The notes under the pieces are model-generated. The model had not been told where the DNA came from. It worked only from the letters and a program-made list of their open reading frames with translations, and did not search any database. 64,000 nt of DNA from Candidatus Levyibacteriota bacterium (lineage in GTDB: Bacteria; Patescibacteriota; Microgenomatia; Levybacterales; UBA12049). Positions 18,786-28,314 of the stretch are shown piece after piece. The translations under genes and the position numbers were made by a program. Each line of letters starts with the position of its first letter. Position 1 is the stretch's first letter. Location: positions 304,236 to 368,235 of the forward strand of contig CP066685.1 in the NCBI GenBank assembly GCA_016432345.1, read 5' to 3'.

Positions 18786-20120
18786 ATGAAAAGCCCAAGA
18801 TTTATTTTTTGGCTTATTGTTGTTTTAACAATACTTGCTTTATATATTGATCTACCAAAAGAATTTACCCTTTTTGGGAAAAAGTTTTCTGCCTTTTCTC
18901 CCAATTTTTCTATTGGATCCTTGCATGTAAAAAAAGATTTTTCTATACGACGAGGCTTGGATTTAGAAGGTGGAGTAAGTATTACATACAAAGCAAAAGT
19001 TGAAGATTTGCCATCAAATCAGCGAAATGACGCTTTAGAATCTATAAAAAATGTTATTGAGCGCAGAATCAATTTTTTTGGGGTATCCGAGCCTGTAGTT
19101 CAGACAGCAACAGTTAATAATGAATCAAGAATTATTGTTGAAATTCCGGGAATTAGTAATGTTGATGAAGCTCTAAGTCTGATTGGCACAACAGCGCAGT
19201 TAACATTTTGGGAAGAAGGAGCATCAAATTCTGCAAAAATGAAACAAGCTACATCTTCGGCATTGCCTTATGGACTTACACAGTTTTTAGGACCAATCCC
19301 CAAAAAAACAGACTTAAGCGGAAAAGATTTGCAAAAAGCAGGCATAACGTTTAACACAAATACTGGTGTTCCTGAAGTGTCGCTTAAGTTTAGCAATGAT
19401 GGAGCAAAAAAATTTGCCGATATTACAAAGCGAAATCTAAATAAACCCGTTGCAATTGTACTTGATGATGTTATTATTTCAGCGCCAAGGGTGAATGTGC
19501 CAATTACAGATGGTAATGCAGTTATAACTGGAGGGTTTACTACAGAGCAAGCAAAAAACTTAAGTATCCAATTAAATGCAGGCGCGCTGCCTGTTCCACT
19601 TACTATTTTAGAGCAGCAAACAATTGGGCCGACTCTGGGAGAAAAATCGCTAAAACAATCGTTATTTGCAGGCGCTATTGGATTTGTTGTGATCGTTGTA
19701 TTTATGGTTGTTTTGTACGGGAGATTTGGTGTTATTGCGAGTATTGCGCTCCTTTTGTATACAATATTTACGTTGGCACTTTTTAAAGCTATACCTGTTA
19801 CATTGACACTGGCTGGCATTGCCGGATTTATTTTGTCTATCGGCATGGCGGTTGATGCCAACATTCTTATTTTCGAACGCCTAAGAGAAGAATTGCGAAG
19901 TGGTAGAAACTTATCTTCGGCAATAGAACTTGGTTTTACAAGAGCATGGTCATCAATTCGAGATTCGAATATTTCAAGTCTGATTACCAGCTTTATTTTA
20001 TATTATTTTGGAACAGGAATTGTTAAAAATTTTGCTTTTACACTGGCAATTGGTGTTTTAGTTTCGATGTTTTCGGCAATTGTAGTAACGCGAACATTTT
20101 TACGTCTAGTTTATAGGTGA
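18786..20120 (+). CDS. secD: Protein translocase subunit SecD
   Basis: GLDLEGG, LNAGALP, IGPTLG, GMAVDANILIFER. Confidence 0.97.
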   Translation: MKSPRFIFWLIVVLTILALYIDLPKEFTLFGKKFSAFSPNFSIGSLHVKKDFSIRRGLDLEGGVSITYKAKVEDLPSNQRNDALESIKNVIERRINFFGVSEPVVQTATVNNESRIIVEIPGISNVDEALSLIGTTAQLTFWEEGASNSAKMKQATSSALPYGLTQFLGPIPKKTDLSGKDLQKAGITFNTNTGVPEVSLKFSNDGAKKFADITKRNLNKPVAIVLDDVIISAPRVNVPITDGNAVITGGFTTEQAKNLSIQLNAGALPVPLTILEQQTIGPTLGEKSLKQSLFAGAIGFVVIVVFMVVLYGRFGVIASIALLLYTIFTLALFKAIPVTLTLAGIAGFILSIGMAVDANILIFERLREELRSGRNLSSAIELGFTRAWSSIRDSNISSLITSFILYYFGTGIVKNFAFTLAIGVLVSMFSAIVVTRTFLRLVYR

Positions 20121-20121
20121 T

Positions 20122-21024
20122 ATGAATATTGTTGGGAAAAAATATTGGTATTTTGGACTATCGCTTTTGGTGATTATTCCAGGGTTTATTTCGCTCTTTT
20201 TGTGGGGGTTACGGTTGTCGATTGATTTTACCGGAGGATCAAGAATTGAGTTTAGAATTCAGAATTCAAAATTCAAAATTGAGCGGTCAGAGTTTGAAAA
20301 AACAATAAAAAATCAAGGCATGGAGATAAGTTCGATACAGCAATCAAAAGATACATTTATTGTTAGGACTAAGCCGCTTGATCAAAAGACTCATCAAAAA
20401 GTAAAAGGAGCTATTGAATCGAAGTTTAGAGACGCTAAAGAAGTGAGTTTCCAGACAGTTGGGCCAACTATTGGGAAAGAAACAACCCTAAACGCAATAA
20501 AAGCAATTGTTGTGGCATCTATTCTTATTGTTTTATACATTGCGTGGTCATTTCGAAAAGTGCCAAAACCGGCCAGCAGTTGGCGGTTTGGCATATGCGC
20601 AATCGCAGCATTACTGCATGATGTGTTGGTGGTCGTTGGGATATTTTCGATTTTGGGTCATTTTTGGCATGTGGAAGTGGATAGTCTTTTTGTTACAGCC
20701 ATATTGACAATTATTGGATTTTCTGTTCACGATACGATCGTAGTGTTTGATCGGATTAGGGAAAACCTGCGAAGAATGCCTGGAGTAGCTTTTGCTAATA
20801 TTGTAAATGATTCGATATTGCAAACACTTAGCAGGTCTTTAAATACATCAATAACAGTTATTTTAGTTCTTTTTACAATGCTTTTGTTTGGAGGAGAAAC
20901 AATTAGGTGGTTTATTGTCGCGCTTCTTATTGGCATTGCCAGCGGGACATATTCTTCCATTTTCAATGCCGCCCCACTGTTGGTGGTTTGGCAGGAATTG
21001 ACAGAGAGAAGAAAACAGTCGTAA
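20122..21024 (+). CDS. secF: Protein translocase subunit SecF
   Basis: IDFTGG, VGPTIG, GFSVHDTIVVFDRIREN, GTYSS. Confidence 0.97.
   Translation: MNIVGKKYWYFGLSLLVIIPGFISLFLWGLRLSIDFTGGSRIEFRIQNSKFKIERSEFEKTIKNQGMEISSIQQSKDTFIVRTKPLDQKTHQKVKGAIESKFRDAKEVSFQTVGPTIGKETTLNAIKAIVVASILIVLYIAWSFRKVPKPASSWRFGICAIAALLHDVLVVVGIFSILGHFWHVEVDSLFVTAILTIIGFSVHDTIVVFDRIRENLRRMPGVAFANIVNDSILQTLSRSLNTSITVILVLFTMLLFGGETIRWFIVALLIGIASGTYSSIFNAAPLLVVWQELTERRKQS
20242..20281 (+). repeat. In-gene heptamer array (AGAATTC)x2-AAAATTC-AAAATTG with an upstream variant
   Basis: Read directly; encodes RIEFRIQNSKFKI. Confidence 0.9.
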
Positions 21025-21025
21025 A

Positions 21026-21226
21026 ATGAGTAGAGTGATACTTTTAAATACAGCTTAATTGAAACTCGTTGCAAACTTTTTTTCAACAATGGCTGTAGTT
21101 TGGTTTACAGCAGCTTTTATAGAACCTAAAAGTATGATGCTGGTTACAACATCGTTATTTACAGGATTTTTTTCGTTATTGTTGGGTATTTTTGTATTAA
21201 AGGAGGTGGTAAATAATGAATCTTAA
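21026..21226 (+). pseudogene. Small two-TM protein interrupted by in-frame TAA at 21056
   Basis: MSRVILLNTA*LKLVANFFSTMAVVWFTAAF...GIFVLKEVVNNES; same frame on both sides of the stop. Confidence 0.55.
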
Positions 21227-21341
21227 TTGGGAACAGATTATTTCTACAGGGTCTATTTACTGGATGCTTGTAATTATAGCAACTCTTTTATTCATTATTG
21301 CATTTAGAGGGGAAAAATATGGAAAGGGTTCGAAAAAATAA
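21216..21341 (+). CDS. 41-aa single-TM protein, absent from the ORF track
   Basis: MNLNWEQIISTGSIYWMLVIIATLLFIIAFRGEKYGKGSKK after AAGGAGGTG. Confidence 0.7.
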   Translation: MNLNWEQIISTGSIYWMLVIIATLLFIIAFRGEKYGKGSKK

Positions 21342-21543
21342 AAAAATATACTATGCTAAAGAAGCAGATGTTCTTTGGTTTTTTGTTAAAAGCGGGCCAG
21401 AAATTGAATATAAGGAAATAGCGCCGGGTATAAGTGTTGAGCTTGGGGAAAGCGGGGAATTATTGGGTATTGAAATCCTTAATGCTTCAAAAGTTTTAAA
21501 TCCGATTCTTAGTCAAAAGCAGATGCAGATTCCAGCAAACTAG
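21319..21543 (+). CDS. DUF2283-like protein
   Basis: YAKEADVLW...GELLGIEILNASK. Confidence 0.8.
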   Translation: MERVRKNKKIYYAKEADVLWFFVKSGPEIEYKEIAPGISVELGESGELLGIEILNASKVLNPILSQKQMQIPAN

Positions 21544-21610
21544 GTTGGATTCTGTATCCTTGACAATCAGATCCCCCCCATCCATACTAAATATGGAAAG
21601 GAGGTTTTAT

Positions 21611-21814
21611 ATGAAGGTATTACCTACAAGTGGTAGAGATTTAAGAATTTTTTTGGTTTCATTTGTTGTTGCATTAGTAATGAACATCGGAGGATTTTTT
21701 AAAGTTACTAGTGGTGAACTGTTTTTATATTGGTTATTAAATTTCTTTCTTTGGATTATTTTGGCAATGGTAGTAATTAGATTGGTAGTTTGGGTATTTA
21801 AGAAGGTTTCTTAA
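21611..21814 (+). CDS. Small two-TM hypothetical protein
   Basis: TTGACA-17-CATACT promoter, AAGGAGG SD, ATG 21611. Confidence 0.7.
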   Translation: MKVLPTSGRDLRIFLVSFVVALVMNIGGFFKVTSGELFLYWLLNFFLWIILAMVVIRLVVWVFKKVS

Positions 21815-21826
21815 TTAAAAAAACAA

Positions 21827-22276
21827 TTAGGACAAGTTTTCTCTGACGATTTTACTTACCAGATTTCCATCTGCTTTGCCTTTGGTTTTTGGCATTAGTG
21901 CTCCCATCACTTTTCCCATATCGGCAGCTGTTGTGGCACCTGTTTGAGTAATTGCCTCTTTTACGAGTTCTCGGATTTTATCTTCGGACATTTGTTCTGG
22001 TAAATATGCATTAAGCATTGCTAATTCTTTTTCCTCTTTTTTTGCCAATTCGATGCGGTTTGCATTTGTAAATTGTTCAATTGAATCTTTTCTTTGTTTT
22101 GCTTCTTTTTGGATAACAGCCAAAACATCCTCATCTGTTGCTTCGTATCCTGCCCCGCCTTTGTTAATTTCGTAATAATTTATGGCAGACAAGAGCATTC
22201 GAAGGACAGAGGTTTTGAGCTCATTTTTAGCCAGCATGGATTGTTTTAACTCGTTTTTAAGTTCCTGTTTGGTCAT
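21827..22276 (-). CDS. GatB/YqeY domain protein
   Basis: KQRKDSIEQF, YLPEQMS, DMGKVMG, GKADG. Confidence 0.92.
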   Translation of the reverse strand: MTKQELKNELKQSMLAKNELKTSVLRMLLSAINYYEINKGGAGYEATDEDVLAVIQKEAKQRKDSIEQFTNANRIELAKKEEKELAMLNAYLPEQMSEDKIRELVKEAITQTGATTAADMGKVMGALMPKTKGKADGNLVSKIVRENLS

Positions 22277-22277
22277 A

Positions 22278-23066
22278 CTAAATGAGCCTTCCTAATCCGA
22301 TTTTTCTGCTTTTATGAAACATAAAAACAAAAAACCATATTGCTATTATTAAGTAGATAAAGTTAAGTCCGAAACTTATTAGTAGCTTATCATAAGAAAG
22401 GTTACCCGTAAAGAGAATTTCGCGAAATCCTTCAAAAATATAGCTGGTGGGAATAAAAAGAGCAACTTTTTGCGCCCAAACCGGCAATATGGTTACCGAA
22501 TAATAAATTGCCGAAAAAGGAGCAATTAAGTATACACCGGCCCATGCCAAGGTTTGGATATTTTGGCCATATCTAATAAGAAATCCGGTAACAAAAAATC
22601 CGGCAACCCAGCCGGTTAGAATAAGACTTGCAATAAGCGGCAGTAAGTAAAAGCCATAGATAAATATATTTAATTGATACAGTATAAATGCAACAATTGC
22701 AGAGAATGCTAGACTTAAAAGTGTTTTAATAAAACCAAAAATCATAAATGCGACAATCCATTCGGAAATTTTAAGCGGCGAAACAAAAATATTGACGATA
22801 TTTTTATCCCATATTTCGGCCAACATATTAGTTGTTATTTCGTATTGTGTCCGCCAGACAACGATCCAAAAAATAAGTCCGGTGATAACAACAAATAAAA
22901 GTTGGGAGGGGTTATTGTTATTTCTAATAAAATAGAGTCCGGTTAAGCCCCACATAATAATATCCATTGCAGGCCAATAAAACATGTCGCTTAGTTTGTC
23001 AAAGCTATGAAACATGCCATAGGTATAGCGAAGTATCATTGCAAATACTCTGTTAAAATTAATCAT
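22278..23066 (-). CDS. ABC-2 type transporter permease
   Basis: Six TM segments, YYSVTILPVWAQ, PTSYIFEGFR; next to ABC ATPase. Confidence 0.85.
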   Translation of the reverse strand: MINFNRVFAMILRYTYGMFHSFDKLSDMFYWPAMDIIMWGLTGLYFIRNNNNPSQLLFVVITGLIFWIVVWRTQYEITTNMLAEIWDKNIVNIFVSPLKISEWIVAFMIFGFIKTLLSLAFSAIVAFILYQLNIFIYGFYLLPLIASLILTGWVAGFFVTGFLIRYGQNIQTLAWAGVYLIAPFSAIYYSVTILPVWAQKVALFIPTSYIFEGFREILFTGNLSYDKLLISFGLNFIYLIIAIWFFVFMFHKSRKIGLGRLI

Positions 23067-23976
23067 GTTTTTCTCCAATAACAGTAAGAAAATAATCTTC
23101 TAGATTTGGTTTATCAATACTAATTTCTTCGTATGTAATATTTTCTTTTGATAATATAGTTAGGAATTCTGCGATACGTTTTTCTCGAATAGGAACAGTA
23201 AAAATAAATCTGTCTTGCGTAAACAATAAATTTTGTTTTTCTAAAAAACTGATTGCTTTTTTTGTGTCTTTAGAAATTGTTAATGAAATTTTACATTCTG
23301 TAATTTTGTTGGCTAATTTTTCTGGCGTATCTTCATCGATAATTTTTCCGTGATCCAAAATAATAATTCTATCGCACATTTCTTCTACTTCGCTCATATT
23401 ATGGGAAGTAAAAAGCATACTCACGTTGTATGCTTGTTTTTCTTTTTTTAAGAATTCCCGTACTTTTATCGCAATTTCTGGATCAAGACTGGCGGTTGGT
23501 TCATCAAGCAGTAATACTCTTGGGTAATTAAGAAACGCTTTGACAAGTAATACACGCGTTTTTTCTCCAGCCGAAAGCATAAAAAATTGTTTCTTTTTTA
23601 CATCTTCTATTTCAAATTCTTTAAGTAACTTATCTATTCTTTTTTGTTTGTCAGGTATTTCATAAAGCCTTGCAAAACATTCTAAGATTTCAGAAACGGT
23701 AAAAAGCCAGGGGAGACTAATATAGGTAGATGAGTAATTAACCTGTTTTAAAATTTCTTCTCGGTGGTTTTTAAAAGATTTATTAAAATAGGAAACTTCT
23801 CCTTTTGTTTGTTCCATAACACCCAAAAGCATTTGGATGGTTGTTGTTTTGCCCGCGCCATTTGGACCAAGAAGACCTAGTACCTCGCCTTCTTGTATAA
23901 AAAATGAAATATCATTAACAGCAGTAAAGCTACCGAACTGTTTGGTGAGATTTTTGACGTCGAGAATTGGGCTCAT
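23059..23976 (-). CDS. ABC transporter ATP-binding protein
   Basis: [24 protein letters not shown]. Confidence 0.92.
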   Translation of the reverse strand: MSPILDVKNLTKQFGSFTAVNDISFFIQEGEVLGLLGPNGAGKTTTIQMLLGVMEQTKGEVSYFNKSFKNHREEILKQVNYSSTYISLPWLFTVSEILECFARLYEIPDKQKRIDKLLKEFEIEDVKKKQFFMLSAGEKTRVLLVKAFLNYPRVLLLDEPTASLDPEIAIKVREFLKKEKQAYNVSMLFTSHNMSEVEEMCDRIIILDHGKIIDEDTPEKLANKITECKISLTISKDTKKAISFLEKQNLLFTQDRFIFTVPIREKRIAEFLTILSKENITYEEISIDKPNLEDYFLTVIGEKHD

Positions 23977-25316
23977 AGTTTTTTTATTCGTGTGAGGAGA
24001 TACTCTTTGGTGTTTTTTGATTGATCTGGGTCTACCTCTTCAAAAAGTTTTTGTAAAATTTCCCCTACTTTTGGGCCGGGTTTGATACTTAATTCTTTCA
24101 TAATATCATTGCCGTCAATTGCTAAATCGTTTATAGAAAATGCCGCGGGCTGTAATTCTTTTTCGATTCTTTCTTTGAATAGTTTTAGTCTCCAACTTTC
24201 GGCTGTTTTGGTGCCACTGCCAAGTCTATCGGCAACCCGAAGATCTAACATGTCTTGGATATTTTCTATTCCCACTCTTCGAATAAATCTTCTTATTGCG
24301 GCATCGGTTGATTTTTCGTCAACCGTAAACATGTGCCAGCGAATAAGGGTAATTATGGCATCTCTGTCTTTTTTTGAGAATTTAAGTCTGTCGCAAATTT
24401 CTCTGGCAATTCTGGCCCCGACAATTTCGTGATTGTAAAATATCACTAATCCTTGTTTATCTTCGCTTCTAGCTTTTGGTTTGCCAACATCATGCAGTAG
24501 AGTTGCAAATCGAACAATTGGGTCATTTGATGGACAAAATTTTAGAGAAAGTAAATTGTGGGTAAAAACATCGGTGGTGTGGTGGCGGCCTGGTCGCACT
24601 TGCGAAACATCAATACCTTCTGTAAGTTCGGGTAAAATATAATCTAATAATCCCGCATTTTTTAAAAGCATTATACCATCGTATGGATGATTGCTGGATA
24701 AAGTTCGTAGAAGTTCGATTCGAATTCTTTCTCCTGAAACGTGAGTAATAAGTGCAGCATCTTTTTGCAATTCGTTCCAGGTATTTTCTTCAATAATAAA
24801 TCCAAGTTCGGTGGCGATGCGTATGGCGCGAAGAAGTCGGAGGGCGTCTTCTTTGAATCGAAGACTCGGATCACCAACAGCGCGGATAATTTTTTGCTCG
24901 ATATCTTTTTGTCCGCCAAACGGGTCAACAATAGCGTTTAGTTTTAGAGCAATGGCATTGATGGTAAAATCGCGGCGAGATAAATCTTCTTCTATTGTTT
25001 TTCCCCATTCGACTTTGTCTGGCCGGCGTTTATCGGAATAGGTTGTTTCGGTTCGAAAAGTAGTTATTTCGGCAACGTGTTTTTCGTTGTTTATGACGAT
25101 TGGTACTCCAACAGTGCCAAATTGATTGTCGTAAAATCCGTCTGGGAATACTTTAAGGATTTCTTCTGGTGTTGCATTTGTCGTAAAATCCCAGTCTTTG
25201 ACTGGTTTTTTCATAAGTAAATTTCGGATGCTGCCGCCAACAAGATATACCTCGAATTTTGCATCAGCTATTTTTTGGTAAATAGAAATAATTTCGTTTG
25301 GGATATTGTTTGTCAT
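23973..25316 (-). CDS. cca: CCA tRNA nucleotidyltransferase (class II) with HD domain
   Basis: VGGSIRN, DWDF, RRDFTINA, EDALRLLRA, LLHDVGK. Confidence 0.9.
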   Translation of the reverse strand: MTNNIPNEIISIYQKIADAKFEVYLVGGSIRNLLMKKPVKDWDFTTNATPEEILKVFPDGFYDNQFGTVGVPIVINNEKHVAEITTFRTETTYSDKRRPDKVEWGKTIEEDLSRRDFTINAIALKLNAIVDPFGGQKDIEQKIIRAVGDPSLRFKEDALRLLRAIRIATELGFIIEENTWNELQKDAALITHVSGERIRIELLRTLSSNHPYDGIMLLKNAGLLDYILPELTEGIDVSQVRPGRHHTTDVFTHNLLSLKFCPSNDPIVRFATLLHDVGKPKARSEDKQGLVIFYNHEIVGARIAREICDRLKFSKKDRDAIITLIRWHMFTVDEKSTDAAIRRFIRRVGIENIQDMLDLRVADRLGSGTKTAESWRLKLFKERIEKELQPAAFSINDLAIDGNDIMKELSIKPGPKVGEILQKLFEEVDPDQSKNTKEYLLTRIKKL

Positions 25317-25317
25317 C

Positions 25318-25332
25318 TGCTATAGTATAGCA
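25318..25332. promoter_or_regulatory. Palindromic bidirectional extended -10 promoter for cca and recJ
   Basis: TGCTATA-G-TATAGCA gives TGnTATAGT (+) and TGnTATACT (-), 9 and 7 nt from the two ATGs. Confidence 0.7.
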
Positions 25333-25335
25333 AAT

Positions 25336-26973
25336 ATGAATATGAAGAAGTGGAAAGTTTTACATAAATTGAAAGATGAAAGTATCATAAACGTTCTTCT
25401 GGAAAATAGGGGAATTAAAACTAAAAAAGAGATTGGGGAGTTTTTACATCCGAAATTGGAAGATGTGACGGTAAAAAGCGTTGGCATTGATGGGGTTCAA
25501 TTGAAAAAAGCATTGCAAAGAATAGAAGAGGCAATTAAAAAGCAGGAAGAGATTGTGGTGTTTGGAGACTACGATGTAGATGGAATTTGCGGAGCTGCAA
25601 TTTTATGGGAAACACTTTTTTGCTTAGGAGCAAGAGTAATGCCATATATTCCTCATCGAATAGATGAAGGTTATGGTCTATCCCTTGCGGGAATCTCAAA
25701 TGTCAAATCTCAAATGTCAAATCTCAAATTGATAATAACGGTAGACAATGGAATAGTTGCAAATGAGGCGGTTTTGTTTGCTAATAAACAAGGTATAGAT
25801 GTTATTATTACCGATCATCATGTGGTGGGAGAAATACTGCCAAAAGCATATGCAATTGTTCATACAACTAAATTATGCGGAACAGGGGTGGCTTGGGTTT
25901 TAGCTCAAGAATACAAAATACAAAATACAAAATACAAAATACTAGATCATCTTGCTCTTGTGGCGCTGGCAACTGTGGCGGATTTGGTGCCATTAACTGG
26001 TGCGAATAGAACACTACTTATGCATGGTTTATCTGTGTTGCATAAAACAAAACGACTAGGTATTGTGGCAATATGCGAAGAGGCGGGAATTGACCAGAAA
26101 ACAATTGAGACGTATGAAATTGGTCATGTGATTGCGCCAAGGCTGAATGCAGCAGGGCGAATAGAGCATGCCATGGATGCCTTGCGACTTTTGTGCACCA
26201 AAGACACAAAACGGGCAAAACTGTTGGCGCAAAATTTAGGAGCAACAAATAGAGAAAGGCAGGATATAACGCTGGAAAGCGCGCAGCACGCAGTGTCAGG
26301 AATCAGGAATCAGGAATCAGGAATCAGGAAGAAATTACTTTTTATTGCGGAGGAGCAATATCAGCAAGGGGTGATTGGACTGGTTGCTGGGCGGTTGGTC
26401 GAGGAGTTTTATCGGCCGGCAATTGTGGTATCTATTGGGGAAACACATAGTAAAGCCTCGGCGCGGTCAATTCACGGATTTAATATTATTGAATTTATCC
26501 GTACTGCATCTCATTTGTTGATTGATGCAGGGGGGCATCCAATGGCAGCGGGGTTTACGGTGGAAACAGCAAAATTAACTCTTTTGCAAAAACATTTAGA
26601 GGAAAAAGCAGAAGAAATAATAGACGAGGCATTGTTGCAGCGATCGTTGCGAATTGACTGTGAAATTCCAATAGAAATTATTGACCAGCATTTATATAAA
26701 GAATTGCAAGCCTTAGCGCCGTTTGGCATGAAAAACCCAGAGCCGACATTTGTCAGTAGAAATGTTGTTATTGAAGATATGAGATTAGTAGGAAAAGACA
26801 GAAAACATGTAAAGTTTAAATTTTCGATTGACGCAATTGGGTTTGGGTTGGGAGAGAAAGCAGGGGAATTTAGTGTTGGGGATAAGGTGGATATTGTTTA
26901 TACGATTGATGAGAATGAGTGGAATGGAAGAAAAACGTTACAGTTGAAGGTGAGGGATATAAAGAGAAATTAA
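25336..26973 (+). CDS. recJ: Single-stranded DNA exonuclease RecJ
   Basis: GDYDVDG, TVDNG, TDHH, PRLNAAGR, GGHPMAAG, PFGMKNP. Confidence 0.96.
   Translation: MNMKKWKVLHKLKDESIINVLLENRGIKTKKEIGEFLHPKLEDVTVKSVGIDGVQLKKALQRIEEAIKKQEEIVVFGDYDVDGICGAAILWETLFCLGARVMPYIPHRIDEGYGLSLAGISNVKSQMSNLKLIITVDNGIVANEAVLFANKQGIDVIITDHHVVGEILPKAYAIVHTTKLCGTGVAWVLAQEYKIQNTKYKILDHLALVALATVADLVPLTGANRTLLMHGLSVLHKTKRLGIVAICEEAGIDQKTIETYEIGHVIAPRLNAAGRIEHAMDALRLLCTKDTKRAKLLAQNLGATNRERQDITLESAQHAVSGIRNQESGIRKKLLFIAEEQYQQGVIGLVAGRLVEEFYRPAIVVSIGETHSKASARSIHGFNIIEFIRTASHLLIDAGGHPMAAGFTVETAKLTLLQKHLEEKAEEIIDEALLQRSLRIDCEIPIEIIDQHLYKELQALAPFGMKNPEPTFVSRNVVIEDMRLVGKDRKHVKFKFSIDAIGFGLGEKAGEFSVGDKVDIVYTIDENEWNGRKTLQLKVRDIKRN
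25691..25731 (+). repeat. In-gene alternating heptamer array AAATGTC/AAATCTC
   Basis: GAATCTC-AAATGTC-AAATCTC-AAATGTC-AAATCTC-AAATTG; encodes ISNVKSQMSNLKL. Confidence 0.95.
25908..25942 (+). repeat. In-gene heptamer array AGAATAC + (AAAATAC)x4
   Basis: Read directly; encodes EYKIQNTKYKIL. Confidence 0.95.
26296..26330 (+). repeat. In-gene heptamer array (TCAGGAA)x5
   Basis: Read directly; encodes SGIRNQESGIRK. Confidence 0.97.
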
Positions 26974-26974
26974 A

Positions 26975-28246
26975 CTAATTATCTTTTTCAATCTTTGCTC
27001 GCGCTCGCGCTATGGCTTGTTGGTAGAGTGTTTGGATATCGTCTAGATCGTATATTTCTGGTGGGAAAAGTCGTTCTATAACTCCTGTTTCAAAGACTCG
27101 TTTTGCCTCAAATTCGTCACGCGACACCCCTCGTTGATATAAAGAATCAAGGTATGTTTTTATAGTATGAATAATGACTTCTACCTTTAATCCATGAAAT
27201 TTTACTTGAAGTTTGCATACCTTAAAGTCTTTGGAGCTGCCGCCGTTTTCGGCAGAGTATTTTCCATCTTGGATAGAATCCTCGATGTCTGTAACTTCTA
27301 TTTCGCTTCCTGAGGTTTGCGCGGCTCTAATAAATTGTTCAACAATTTTTTTTACATCACGATAAGTTTCAACGACTGCAAATACACCAAACACATCTTG
27401 CACTGCTTCGGTTGGTTCGTGTGATCTTTTTCTTAATAATTTTACTACCTGAGAAATATCCAGTTTTTTTCGAGTGTGGAGAAAAATTTTTCTATTTCCT
27501 TCCGTAAGTCTTCGTACTGGAAGAACGTCTAATTTTGTGCCTGGATATTGTTGTTGATAGACTCGCGCTTCTTGTCGTGTATTAAATGTAGTGTAGTTTG
27601 CGCATTCATATGTTTCTGGATTAAGATGACTAACAATGAATACTCTTTCTGGCGCGCCCCTTTTTTGATCTTTGCTTAACAAGTTTTGATCAAGGAAATA
27701 ATTTATTTCGTCAATACTCCCTTTATATTGACTAGCAGCATAATCAATGTCTTGAGCATATTCCATAAGCACTAATTTTCGGTATGCTTCAAACCGTGTG
27801 GTTCTATACTCATCTTTATTAAATATTATTGTCATAAGATCAACAGGATGGTGAATGTCTCGCAGTTCGTTGGTGAGATCGACTGCAACAACATCCTGAC
27901 CAAGAAAATCTTTACTAAGGTTATCTATTATCGAATCTGCAGTTTCAGAGTATTTTTTATACCGATTAGCTCTAGCTTCAATTGACTCGTCTGCAAAATC
28001 AGGAAACTGCAATGAAAATCGTTCGTCATATGTTGTTTTAACGCGAGCAAGCGCTTCGGGGGTCTTTGTGATAGCTGGAATCTCCGAAAAATTTTTGACG
28101 CCAAAAATTCCTGTGACTCTTGCTCGAAGAGCAACAAAATCCATGTAGAGTCCAGTAAATTTAAGCTCTCTTATTCCATGTGTACGTAATTGAGGAAAAG
28201 ACCCCGATCTTGTAAAATAGCGATCAAGAGATTCAAGCGGTTTCAT
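26975..28246 (-). CDS. Hypothetical protein with divergent RelA/SpoT-like nucleotidyltransferase C-terminal domain
   Basis: RKKLDISQVVKLLRK, VQDVFGVFAVV, KVEVIIHT; TTGACA-17-TACAAT promoter places the start at 28246. Confidence 0.55.
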   Translation of the reverse strand: MKPLESLDRYFTRSGSFPQLRTHGIRELKFTGLYMDFVALRARVTGIFGVKNFSEIPAITKTPEALARVKTTYDERFSLQFPDFADESIEARANRYKKYSETADSIIDNLSKDFLGQDVVAVDLTNELRDIHHPVDLMTIIFNKDEYRTTRFEAYRKLVLMEYAQDIDYAASQYKGSIDEINYFLDQNLLSKDQKRGAPERVFIVSHLNPETYECANYTTFNTRQEARVYQQQYPGTKLDVLPVRRLTEGNRKIFLHTRKKLDISQVVKLLRKRSHEPTEAVQDVFGVFAVVETYRDVKKIVEQFIRAAQTSGSEIEVTDIEDSIQDGKYSAENGGSSKDFKVCKLQVKFHGLKVEVIIHTIKTYLDSLYQRGVSRDEFEAKRVFETGVIERLFPPEIYDLDDIQTLYQQAIARARAKIEKDN

Positions 28247-28314
28247 ACTATGGGATTGTATAAAATGCAATAGCGCTTGTCAAGAACAAAAAAAATAGGT
28301 ATTATGTATCAAAT

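Noticed and set aside
19268..19864. 198-aa antisense ORF in secD, and similar shadow ORFs in lon, sufB and the GT genes
   Set aside because: Fully overlap well-supported genes on the opposite strand or frame, with no recognisable motifs.
20569..20586. CCGGCCAGCAGTTGGCGG in secF as another copy of the GCCAGCTGGC palindrome
   Set aside because: Not a perfect palindrome and explainable as ordinary coding sequence (PASSWR).
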